This document shows positions 29,321 to 38,802 of a stretch of 64,000 bases of DNA, piece after piece. The stretch covers positions 1,376,001-1,440,000 of the forward strand of contig CBDCCK010000002.1 in the NCBI GenBank assembly GCA_965214835.1, read 5' to 3'. Numbering within the stretch: the first letter of the stretch is position 1; every line of letters starts with the position of its first letter. The notes below the pieces were generated by a model that was given only the letters and a program-made list of their open reading frames with translations, was not told the DNA's origin and made no database searches. This DNA comes from Nitrosopumilaceae archaeon (lineage in GTDB: Archaea > Thermoproteota > Nitrososphaeria > Nitrososphaerales > Nitrosopumilaceae). The position numbers and the translations under genes are program-made.

Positions 29321-29584
29321 TTGTATGATAAATCAGATTTTGCAATTACGTTTGTAATACAAGGTAAAGAGTTTGCGATTATAGTCATGCCGGATGAAAT
29401 TATAAAAAATGCTGTAAAAAAAGCACAGGAAAAATCTGGCAATAAAGACAAGCCGGACGATTTGAAGGTTAGAACGGAAGAAGGCAAAATACTCGATCAG
29501 AACAAGAGTTTTAGCGATCAAGGAATCACAAACCCAACAAAACTATTTCTTGATAAAGGTCCGGGCCGCGGTGGAAGAAGATAG
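29321..29584 (+). CDS. Ubiquitin-like protein (DUF2604-like, BilA position)
   Basis: Beta-grasp pattern AVKKAQEKSGN...EGKILD..KSF...GI....LFL ending GRGG-RR; TTG start about 26 nt after TTTATA. Confidence 0.8.
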   Translation: MYDKSDFAITFVIQGKEFAIIVMPDEIIKNAVKKAQEKSGNKDKPDDLKVRTEEGKILDQNKSFSDQGITNPTKLFLDKGPGRGGRR

Positions 29585-30012
29585 CGATTTTAGAACCAAA
29601 GGTATCCAGAATAAAATTCACCAAGGCCGTCCAAGAGCTAGAATCTGTACAAAAGACCTATGAGGAAATTTGGAGAGTGCGATATGCGCAATACCCAACA
29701 ATACTGTTAGATGTTCTTTTTGCACGAGGAATCACGCTTTTACTGAATCTGGAAAATTGGGATTTCCTTCCTCCACAAGCTACCTTGATCAGTACGGATC
29801 TGCAAAGTAAGACAACACGGTCGCCCGGACACCACATCGTCCTCAATAAAAACACAGGCCGATTGTGGTTTTGCAGTCCGGGATTCTCTGAGTATCATAC
29901 GCATTACCCGGAAGACAGGTGGGATCTCATAAGGGGGACTTATCTAGGAAGCATAACGGGCATAGTAAAACAGGCATGCAATATGATTGGCAGGACAAAT
30001 CGTAATGAATGA
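29581..30012 (+). CDS. CEHH-family E2-like protein (BilB-like); start codon unclear
   Basis: NWDFLPP...FCSPGFSEYHTH...W; frame open from 29557 and encodes EPKVSRIKF. Confidence 0.75.
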   Translation: MAILEPKVSRIKFTKAVQELESVQKTYEEIWRVRYAQYPTILLDVLFARGITLLLNLENWDFLPPQATLISTDLQSKTTRSPGHHIVLNKNTGRLWFCSPGFSEYHTHYPEDRWDLIRGTYLGSITGIVKQACNMIGRTNRNE

Positions 30013-30484
30013 TGCGAGCCTTGCTAAAGTTTCACGGATAAAAATTCCAAGACAGGTCATAAACGAAACCTTTGATTTTTTGCAAAAACACGGTGACAAA
30101 CATGTGGAATCTCACGCGCTGTTGGTTGGAAAAGAAGCGGCGAGGGTGTTCAGCGTGTCTGCCGTATGGTTTCCAAAACAACGCGGGACATCTTGCTCCT
30201 ATGAAGTGCCGGAGGAGGAAGTGTTTCAAATTAACAAACGGCTAAACCTAGAGAGAAAAACGGCAATCTGTCAGGTACACACACATCCCTGCGGTGCGTT
30301 CCACAGCGGCATAGATGATGATGGATCGGCATTAATGTTGCCGGGATCTGTCAGCATCGTGATACCGAATTTCGGGTTTGTTCCACGCGAAGAACTAAAT
30401 CGGTGGGAGGTGTACAGGCTTGAGGACGGCATATGGCAGCACGTATCAGAGCGGGAGGTGAAACGCTTATTTCGCGTCACGTGA
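30005..30484 (+). CDS. JAB/MPN metalloprotease (deubiquitinase, BilC-like)
   Basis: E...QVHTHP...FHS..DD JAMM motif. Confidence 0.9.
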   Translation: MNDASLAKVSRIKIPRQVINETFDFLQKHGDKHVESHALLVGKEAARVFSVSAVWFPKQRGTSCSYEVPEEEVFQINKRLNLERKTAICQVHTHPCGAFHSGIDDDGSALMLPGSVSIVIPNFGFVPREELNRWEVYRLEDGIWQHVSEREVKRLFRVT

Positions 30485-31986
30485 CACCCAATGAAGAAGG
30501 CATAGTTCAAAAGAACATTACGGCAATGTCGATGATATCCAAATATGAGTCTGCCAGCATTAGATCGCTGCTAGACTCGTTTAAAGTCAGGGTGGTACTC
30601 TCAGAAAACGACACGAATGAGAATTATGAATGTGCGTGCAATGTCACATTAAACCTCCTTACAAGGTTTTTAAATTCGGTACATTATGCAGGTCCGAAAA
30701 GCATTCTAAGAATGCCGCCGTCTTGCAGGTCAAAGATTCGCTGTGACGACGCGAATGGTGACGACGCGTCCATGCACCTGATATTTGGAAATCACAAACC
30801 AATGCCTAATTCGTTGTATGTTTCGTCCTCTGGCTGGAGCGTTTACCTGTCTCAGGACAGTCCGTGCGGTTGGAAGCCCTTGGTCATAAACCGCCTGGCA
30901 GCAGCGTATGCTGGAGGACTGGCGGTGGGGGAGGTTTTAAAGAATGTCTTGGATGATGCCCCATCTGAAAAAATAGATCGGTTCGAATATGACTTGGTTA
31001 CACACGGCAGGTCGGTGCAGCCCGTTACGAAACCTCCGGTTCCAAAAATCCTGGATCTTGGTGATTTGACGATTGTGGGTTGTGGGGCAATAGGACAGGC
31101 ACTGTGTTTTGGTTTGGAATCCATTACGTCTCTTGCAGGAAGGATGACCCTGATCGATCATGATATGTTGGAGACCTCAAATGAGCAGAGATACGTCCTG
31201 GCGTTCCCAGAGAACCGGAGGGAAAACAAGGCATTGCATATGTGCAAATTCTTGGCCCGCAACAACCCCCTCCTGAACTTGGTTGGGGTTCCAATGAGCT
31301 ATGAGGATCACGCAAATGCCGTCAATATGCCCGTAGGAAGCAGAGCCACGGTGGCTGTGGACAACATTCTTACCAGATTGAACGTGCAGGCGGGATTGCC
31401 AAGAGTACTCTGGAACGCATGGACAGACGTGTCTGACGCAGGGTTGAGATACGGGATTGGCAGGCATGCTCTAGATGACAGGTACGAATGCATCTGGTGT
31501 GCCTATTTTCCCACAGGTAAGCAACCTACGGAAATGGAAATGAATTCAATGCTGACGGGGTTTTCACATAAGGAGATACAACGGAAGCTTGATCAGGGTG
31601 AAAAGTGCACTAGCAAGGATTTGAAACGAATTCACAAACATACTAGCATCCCAATGAACATATTGATCAAAAACAAGAACCGCCCGTTTGCGGACGTGCT
31701 ACACGGGGAGTGCGGCGTATATGCGCTAGGGAATCGAGGAAATGACGCCACAGCCCCTGTGCCACATGTGCCGTTTCTTGCTGGGGTGTTCCTCGCATCC
31801 CAAATCGTACTGGAATCACTACAGCCGTCACCGTCGCAGGCAAGTCCCACCCATCATTATTCCAGCGTGGATTTCGACGGCATGGGGTTTCCAAGACCCG
31901 ATTGCGCGGTAAAAAAACTGAGAAATCCAAAATGCCTATGCAATGATCAAGACTACAAAGACGCCTATGCCGAAAGATGGAACTGA
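30481..31986 (+). CDS. E1/ThiF-family activating enzyme with inactive N-terminal adenylation-like domain (BilD-like)
   Basis: VGCGAIG, IDHD...SNEQRY, AVDN...R, CIWC...C...CLC; GTGA overlap with JAB. Confidence 0.85.
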   Translation: MTPNEEGIVQKNITAMSMISKYESASIRSLLDSFKVRVVLSENDTNENYECACNVTLNLLTRFLNSVHYAGPKSILRMPPSCRSKIRCDDANGDDASMHLIFGNHKPMPNSLYVSSSGWSVYLSQDSPCGWKPLVINRLAAAYAGGLAVGEVLKNVLDDAPSEKIDRFEYDLVTHGRSVQPVTKPPVPKILDLGDLTIVGCGAIGQALCFGLESITSLAGRMTLIDHDMLETSNEQRYVLAFPENRRENKALHMCKFLARNNPLLNLVGVPMSYEDHANAVNMPVGSRATVAVDNILTRLNVQAGLPRVLWNAWTDVSDAGLRYGIGRHALDDRYECIWCAYFPTGKQPTEMEMNSMLTGFSHKEIQRKLDQGEKCTSKDLKRIHKHTSIPMNILIKNKNRPFADVLHGECGVYALGNRGNDATAPVPHVPFLAGVFLASQIVLESLQPSPSQASPTHHYSSVDFDGMGFPRPDCAVKKLRNPKCLCNDQDYKDAYAERWN

Positions 31987-32062
31987 TATGTTCTTGTACC
32001 TGTGCCTGTCCATGGGTGCATTGCCGTGGAATCTGACTGCCGTCAAAACTAAACAGTGGTGT

Positions 32063-32425
32063 TTAGCCGTGTGGAGGTTCGATTATGTCATCCATGATTT
32101 TTTTGCACACCGTGTTGTAAAATTCTGATGTCACAAAACATACACTTCGCCGAACCATACTGCTTTTTATCAAGCCGATCCGGTGACACATGACTTGACT
32201 TTCTTCTCGCAGTTCAATACTTTCAAGATGACTTGGCAAAATTCTGATCAGATACTTGTCAGGGCTCATGTTGCTAGTAATTCCCGCACACAAGACAAAA
32301 CCACTGCTGTCGTTAAAATCCTGCCGAGATATTACCAGTAAGGGACGGGTTTTTCTTTCCCTCTGGTCTGCATACCCCGGATCCGCTAAAATGATTTCCC
32401 TTGGAGCAAGTTCATGATAAGCCAT
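32063..32425 (-). CDS. PemK/MazF family toxin
   Basis: RKTRPLLVIS..DFN......AGITS motif. Confidence 0.85.
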   Translation of the reverse strand: MAYHELAPREIILADPGYADQRERKTRPLLVISRQDFNDSSGFVLCAGITSNMSPDKYLIRILPSHLESIELREESQVMCHRIGLIKSSMVRRSVCFVTSEFYNTVCKKIMDDIIEPPHG

Positions 32426-32456
32426 TTGCAAACAACGTGGTTATTAGCTATTATTC

Positions 32457-32639
32457 TCAGTCGTCCCACATTACCCTGGTAAACTGTTCCATGTCATCTT
32501 CAGCATCCTTTATCGGTTCATTCTCCCTTATACCCAATGAGACCAAGGGTTTGTCCTTGGATATGTTGCTTGATTGAATAAACCTTTTCGGAATGGTTTT
32601 CACCTCGTACGTCTTGTCTGCATCATACGCATTCTCCAT
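32457..32639 (-). CDS. Small protein, candidate antitoxin
   Basis: 60 aa with acidic C-terminus, directly upstream of the toxin. Confidence 0.45.
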   Translation of the reverse strand: MENAYDADKTYEVKTIPKRFIQSSNISKDKPLVSLGIRENEPIKDAEDDMEQFTRVMWDD

Positions 32640-32682
32640 GGCATGTATCGTATTACACGTTTTTTAAACCTAGTGAGGATTC

Positions 32683-33236
32683 CAGTCTTCCCAGAAGTAA
32701 CTCAGGGAGGCACCGGTGGAGGGGGCTTGAGCAGCGTCCTATGGTCTGATGTACGGCACTTGATCACGTCATTGAGGCACTGCTGGTCGATCATGGGATC
32801 CTCGGAAATGATCCCCGTTATGTACCTCATCATCGCGTTTGCCATGACCAATGCGTTGAAGACTGCCGTCGAGTACACAAAGTACAGCATCCTTGCGGCC
32901 GGGCTCTTGCTGTGAGTCCTAATCCTTGCGTTCTCTACCATCCGGTATCCTGTCTCGATCCCCCACCTGCGGCTGTACTCGTCCGGATCTATTCCGGGCA
33001 CGTTGGTTGCAAATCCGATGAGCCGTTCTTGTGCAGGCAGCTCCTCCTCCTTGATCCTATCTGACCGCTTTTTCCTTCTCTTTGTGATGACCATGGTGTA
33101 TCGTGCGGATCCGGCCTTCCTAAAAGTGACCGACTCGTGGCGGTGCAGGAGCATGCGGATCTGCAGGCGACCTCATCTGAGTATCTGAGTTGTTTCTAGC
33201 CTGGGATAATCTGATGTGGTACTTCTGTGAAGACTG
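32683..33236 (-). mobile_element. Internally deleted ISH3/IS4-like element with transposase C-terminal fragment
   Basis: IRs cagtcttcccagaagta / tacttctgtgaagactg; FATN...YSRRWGIETGYR. Confidence 0.8.
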
Positions 33237-33284
33237 TTGTAGTGATTTGGTTGTTGATGCAGACAGGCTACTACATCCCGGCAG

Positions 33285-33335
33285 AAAGGTTTCATGGCTT
33301 GCAAATGCCGGTTTCGTGATGATATCAGCTGGCAA
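33285..33335 (-). pseudogene. Possible 5' stub of an SspB/DUF4007-like gene
   Basis: TTG-PADIITKPAFASHETF with GAGGAGG upstream, overlapping the desulfurase 3' end. Confidence 0.45.
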
Positions 33336-34521
33336 CGTTGCTTGCCTCCTCGACGGGTGGTTTGGAACCGGCCGATCTGGCAAGTTCGGCGGCTTTTGCA
33401 ATCTCCTCTACGGCCTTTTGGATGTCCCTCATTGTGTTTTGCTTTCCGATGGATACCCGAATACACTCGTCTGCAGCCGTCTCGTCCAGACCCATTGCCA
33501 GGAGCACGTGCGAGGGCCCCATGGCAGATGACGAGCATGCGCTTCCGGAGGATATCGCGATGTTCTTTGCGTTTGTGATCACGGCATCGGCCAGCACTCC
33601 CCTGATTCTGATATTGGACGTGTTTGGAAGGCGCTCTGCAGTCTCGCCGTTTATCGTAATATCTGGAACGGCCTTTTTTATCCTGCTTTCAAAGTTGTCG
33701 CGCAGCATCATGATCTTTTCAGATATCCTGCTGTCCTCAAGGCGTATCAGCTCGCACGCCTTGCCAAACCCGACAATTGCAGGGGTGTTTTCCGTCCCGC
33801 TGCGCACGTTTGCCTCTTGGCCTCCCCCCAGAATTGAGGCATGCAGGGTCTTGCGTATGGGGCGCGTTGCAATCAGGGCCCCGCATCCCTTGGGACCGTA
33901 CATCTTGTGGCTGCTGCAGGTGGCGGCGTCTATTCCCAGATCCATTATGCTTACCGGGATCTTTCCCACCGCCTGCGTTATGTCGCTGTGCAGGTATGCC
34001 CCTGCGTCATGTGCGACCTGGGCCAGCTCCCTTATCGGGTTTATCACCCCGGTCTCGCTGTTTGCCATCATTATGGACACCAGGTCTGCGGGATAGTCCC
34101 TGAGGAATGCCTTGAGGGCCTTTGGGCTGATCGTGCCGTCCAACCCTACTGGAATGGGCATTATGGAGATCATGTCCCGCCTGAACATGTCCAGGCAGGG
34201 CTCTATTACGGACCTGTGCTCTGTTGCCCCGTACAATATCCTGCAGTCATGGAGCATGTACTTTCCAAAGCTGCAGAGTATCAGGTTGTTTGCCTCAGTC
34301 GCACCCGAGGTAAAAAACACGTCCATGGCGCTGCATCCGACGGTAAGGGCCAGATCCTCGCGTGCCTGGTCCAGCATGTCTGCCACATCCGCGCCCTCAT
34401 CGTGCGCGCTGGACGGGTTTGCAAAGTGCTCTGTGTGCATTTTGTTCATGGCATCAACTACGCGCTGGTCTACCGGCGTGGCAGCGTTGTAATCAAGATA
34501 CACCAATGAGAAGACATGCAA
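33325..34521 (-). CDS. Second cysteine desulfurase (IscS/DndA/SspA-like)
   Basis: YLDYNAATP, SGATEAN, HSDITQ, SSHKMYGPKG, SSGSAC. Confidence 0.92.
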   Translation of the reverse strand: MHVFSLVYLDYNAATPVDQRVVDAMNKMHTEHFANPSSAHDEGADVADMLDQAREDLALTVGCSAMDVFFTSGATEANNLILCSFGKYMLHDCRILYGATEHRSVIEPCLDMFRRDMISIMPIPVGLDGTISPKALKAFLRDYPADLVSIMMANSETGVINPIRELAQVAHDAGAYLHSDITQAVGKIPVSIMDLGIDAATCSSHKMYGPKGCGALIATRPIRKTLHASILGGGQEANVRSGTENTPAIVGFGKACELIRLEDSRISEKIMMLRDNFESRIKKAVPDITINGETAERLPNTSNIRIRGVLADAVITNAKNIAISSGSACSSSAMGPSHVLLAMGLDETAADECIRVSIGKQNTMRDIQKAVEEIAKAAELARSAGSKPPVEEASNVAS

Positions 34522-34579
34522 TGCCGCACATTATAAAGATGAGGCAGCGTTTCAGATCAGAATTTTTGTGAAATTCCAA

Positions 34580-34654
34580 AGTTCGAATACTGCACAGAAG
34601 AGTTCGAATCCCAAAACGCGCTAGTTCGAATACTGCACAAAAGAGTTCGAATCC
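34580..34654. repeat. 43-bp-period repeat containing four AGTTCGAAT motifs
   Basis: agttcgaatactgcacaRaagagttcgaatcc at 34580 and 34623; a fifth motif near 34729. Confidence 0.85.
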
Positions 34655-34958
34655 TTTTTTGTGAAAATGGTTATATTCCGTTTGTCAGGAACAAATACTG
34701 TCATGGAATCTGCTCATGGAAACTCAAGAGTTCGAATCTCATCGGGCCCATCCTTGGATTCATGTGCGGTGCGCGAAAGCTGGGACGAGCTGGATCCGGT
34801 GCAAAAGCAAAGCTGATTCAAAGGCATACAACGGCAAACCCTCACAGAAGTCGGCGGGTTCGAAACGGACACCTACCGAAACTGCCGGTGCCACGGACGG
34901 GTTCCGTGCAAGTGCAGATGAAAAATCGGCCTCAAATGTAATCCGCTCTTGGAACAGG

Positions 34959-35100
34959 ATGGTGGCAAATCCTGCAAAACAACTGCTTGGCAACGACGAC
35001 GTGCGCAGGTGGTATGACAACCTACACAGTTCAAGCAGGCTGCTTGTGTTCTTTGTGTCTGTCTTTGTGTATAACATGTGGGCCATCGAGCGCAACAGGG
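34959..35100 (+). pseudogene. Fused relics: integrase N-terminus and transposase C-terminus
   Basis: LLGNDDVRRWYDNL followed by RLLVFFVSVFVYNMW, which resembles RLLLFYMSVILYNLW of the 38889 transposase. Confidence 0.5.
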
Positions 35101-35437
35101 ATGACATATGGTGCAAGAGAAGAGTATGTGGTCACCTACCCCTATCAATCAGGCATGAATTGGCAGGCACAATTATGATTTTCGTGCCTAGCTAGTAAGG
35201 GGACGTGACCTTATACAGAGAAGGGACTTTACACTGTTGCCGGTCGCATGCGCGCTTCTCATGGCTTCTAGGAGAAGCCCTGCAGAATACGGGTTTGCCG
35301 ATCCGCCACCGCAGAGCCGCGGTGGCTTTTGCGAGGTTGTATTTCCGTCTACTGCTTGAAGTACACGCGGTGACATGTGGATCTACAGGCAACTTAATTT
35401 GAATTGTTTCGAATTTGGAACCGTTTTATGGAGTACT

Positions 35438-35517
35438 AGACTTTATGCGTAATCGGTTCAGATCTAGGATTATCACGAACAAATTCGCCTCATTCAGGTC
35501 GATTACGCATAAAGTCT
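35438..35517. mobile_element. 80-bp MITE with the IRs of the IS5-family element at 9665
   Basis: AGACTTTATGCGTAATCG...CGATTACGCATAAAGTCT. Confidence 0.9.
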
Positions 35518-38500
35518 ACAGTTTGTAATGATGAGGCAAACGTGCTTCGGCAGCGTCCTTCAGGGTACCGCTTTTGATGTCATGTATCATCGCTTTGAGA
35601 TTTTTCTCAAAGTGTGGTGAATCCCCCTCGCTTGTGGTTATCAATCTGTCTACAAGGCCTAGGTTTTTGTATTCTGTCAGTTTTTGATCCCATCTTTTTG
35701 AATATTTTTTATCACGTAGAAGACCAAGGTGTTCGACGTAGAACTTGCCATTAATCTTAAAGTCTGGCTTTATTTTGGATTGCTCGTACAGATCCATGGG
35801 TTCATATTCAAAGTCTATGTTGGATTCATCAAGCATCTTTGCAATCATCCATTCGATCTTGGAGCGCACCTCTAACACTCTGCCGTCTTTTGTACGGAGG
35901 TGATACGACCTGAATGGAGAATTTTTAAACCCGAACATCAGGGTTTTTTTGTCCGTAATCGAGGAATTTCCAAACACACGATTCAGCATATCTGGGAGGC
36001 CACCTGATAGATCACTTTTGATCAGCAAGTGCAGTTTTGTCTTGGTTCGTGTCAGTCCCGTATACAGCAGCTCACGGGACACGAACTGCTTGATATCAGA
36101 TATGATGAACAGAACGTGGTCGAACCCGCTCCCCTGAGACTTGTGAACAGTTATGGCGTATCCAAGATCAAACTTCAAGTCGCCGCTGTCGCCTTGTTTG
36201 CTGTTAATCTCGTCACGAATCCTGCCGTCGTTCACATAATCGTATTTTTGTCGAAGATCCTCGAGCTCTTCAAAGTAGGGTGAACCGTCATGCCTTATGT
36301 ATCCAAGCGATCCGTTGGCCAGTCCAAGATTCCAAAACTCCTTTCCGTTTTGGGTTACTTTAAGATAGATGTTTTTCTCGCATATCACTTTGTCACCGGG
36401 AACAAAAGGATCCTTGTAAGCATTGCTTATTGGCGTTGTAGATGAGCTGTTCTGATCGGTACCCGTGGCGGCAAGCCGATTTAGTATTACGGTTCCAAAG
36501 TCACGCACCCTTCTTGGTGCCAGCATCTGAATTCTGTCTAGTTTGATCTCCTTTTTGTTGTCATTGCAGACGATATTGCTAATAGCATCTCGAATCGATG
36601 TATTATCTGCGCATGCTGCTATTTCGGAGAGTATTTTAGTTATGTTCTGTTCAAGTTCGTACATATCCTCAAAATAGCAGATCTCAAGTGTTTTGTCAGT
36701 ATGGGTAAGTGCCTGCTTTATCTCGCACAAGGAGGGTTCCTTGTCGTGTTCAAACAACCCAGCCAGAGATCCCAATGCGGTGTTAGAATCAAACCTAAGG
36801 TTGTCCTCTAGCCGGATGTGGTTGTTATCGCGATGTTTGTTTTTCAGGTAGTGTATGGTGTCTACAAACGGGATCCCGTATCCTATCGGAGGTAACTGCT
36901 TTTCATCACCTGTGATTATCAGGTGTTTTAGGCTGGCACGATCTATGGTTAGTAGCAGGACGGCCATCTGAGCCTGGTCTACCATCGAGGCCTCATCGAT
37001 TATCAGGACGCGTGGTTTTAGCTTTACCTGTTTAACAGAATCTTCAAGATCAGCCAGACACTCAAGTCTATGATCTAATACCTTCTTTAGATTGTATTTG
37101 TATTTATCACGTACTCCTTTTTCAGAAGTACTGTTCGCAGAATACAGTAGTTTGTGGATTGTGGATATGGAGATAGAGTTTTTTGTTGCTGCCTCCATAT
37201 CTGGACAATGATCCTTTATCCGTTTCTGGATGACTAGGGATGCCTTTCCTGTGGGTGTGACAACATAAACCGGCTTGACGTTGTTTTTGGCAAAATGGCA
37301 GATCAGCTGGACTATTGTGTCTGTCTTACCGCTACCTGCTCTCCCAGACAATACAAATAATCCGTGGGCAAAGATATTGCGGTACATATCTTGCCGCCTC
37401 TGGATAGACATGTCTGATAATTTTTCACTCAGATGCGGTGTAAATTTTTTGGATGGTGTGTCAAGTTCATAGCATTTGTCTAACTGTTTTTTTACAAAAT
37501 ATTCTGTGATTGATTCCAACTTTCGAATGCTTTTCAGCTGGTAGGTTACATCACCATCCGTACTAGGATGCGGACATATATCGAATCTGTCTGCAAATGT
37601 AGGCATGCCTTCAAGTGATCGAAGCTTGTTCCGGCCGATGCTGAGTTTCTTGTGTATGTAATACAGTGGATAATTCTCTAGCTGCTCTACTACGCTGTCT
37701 CTTGAAAGATACGTAGAGCCAGATTTGTCTGCATGATCCTTTAGAATCTTCGTTACTGCAGCTCTCAACCGTTCTGGAGAATCCGAGTTAAACCCGTAAT
37801 ACCAGTCGGCATAACTAGGATCTGGAATCATGGCTATATCGATTTGGTATAGTGACGGTTCGTCTTCCGGCTCGATCTTTGAGTTTTCTAGGATCATATA
37901 CGGGTCATGTTCCATATCCTCTACAGTATGTATGTCCAACAATCCTATGACATGGTTAAGCTGGACATCAGAAAAGTCAAACCTTGAGAGAAACTCCAAT
38001 TCTTTTTTCTGGTTTTTTATGATCCTACACACCCTGACCATCCTTCCATTCGATTCCTGCATGTCGGGTGGAAGCCTGTCCAGATTTTCAAAGTCATCTT
38101 TTATGATGTTTCGCATCTCCGATGCAAGATCTGGCACAAGCTGTTCGTCAAAATCTTTTTCCAAGATCAAGCGCAACGCGGTGTCAAGACTAGGATACCT
38201 TCCACGCTCTTTCCATGCAATCTCAAGCATACGATCAAGCTGCATGTCAATTCGGTCTAGCCGTCCGGAATCTATCAATCCGTCCTTTTTCATGGATCTT
38301 AGCGATCTTCTCAGGAGGTACAGGAGGTATATTGCCTTGTCATGCGAGATGTGTTTTGAGACATATTTGAAATCAGGGATCATGTTAGACTCCTCTATGG
38401 GGATCATCATGTCTTCCACAGCAGTCCCTCGAACATCCTGTGCAGGTACCGGCACCGCGCCATCATCATGAATGTCACTGTTGTGACTGTCGTACCACTG

Positions 38501-38802
38501 TAGGTATTCTTGGTATGGTAGTACAAAACTGCATTCCGGATCTAATCGGATCTTGAACTGCCACGCCGACTTGGGAAAGTTTTTCATGTTGGGACTGCTA
38601 CGCATACTCCGTAAGAACTCATCACTCATGTCATAATCCTGTGGTTTTGTGACATCGGATATCAGCCCCGCACCCACTAGAAGATACTTATGATCATCTC
38701 CAGTTAGGGGGTTGCTGTAGTTGCAGTAAGTAAACACTAGTGATTTTTTGTGTTTTAGCTCGCCAAGAAACAAGTCCGTTTTGCTGGCCAACTCCTTCAA
38801 AT

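Noticed and set aside
34840-34880. tRNA-like GGGTTCGAAA
   Set aside because: No acceptor stem or cloverleaf can be built around it
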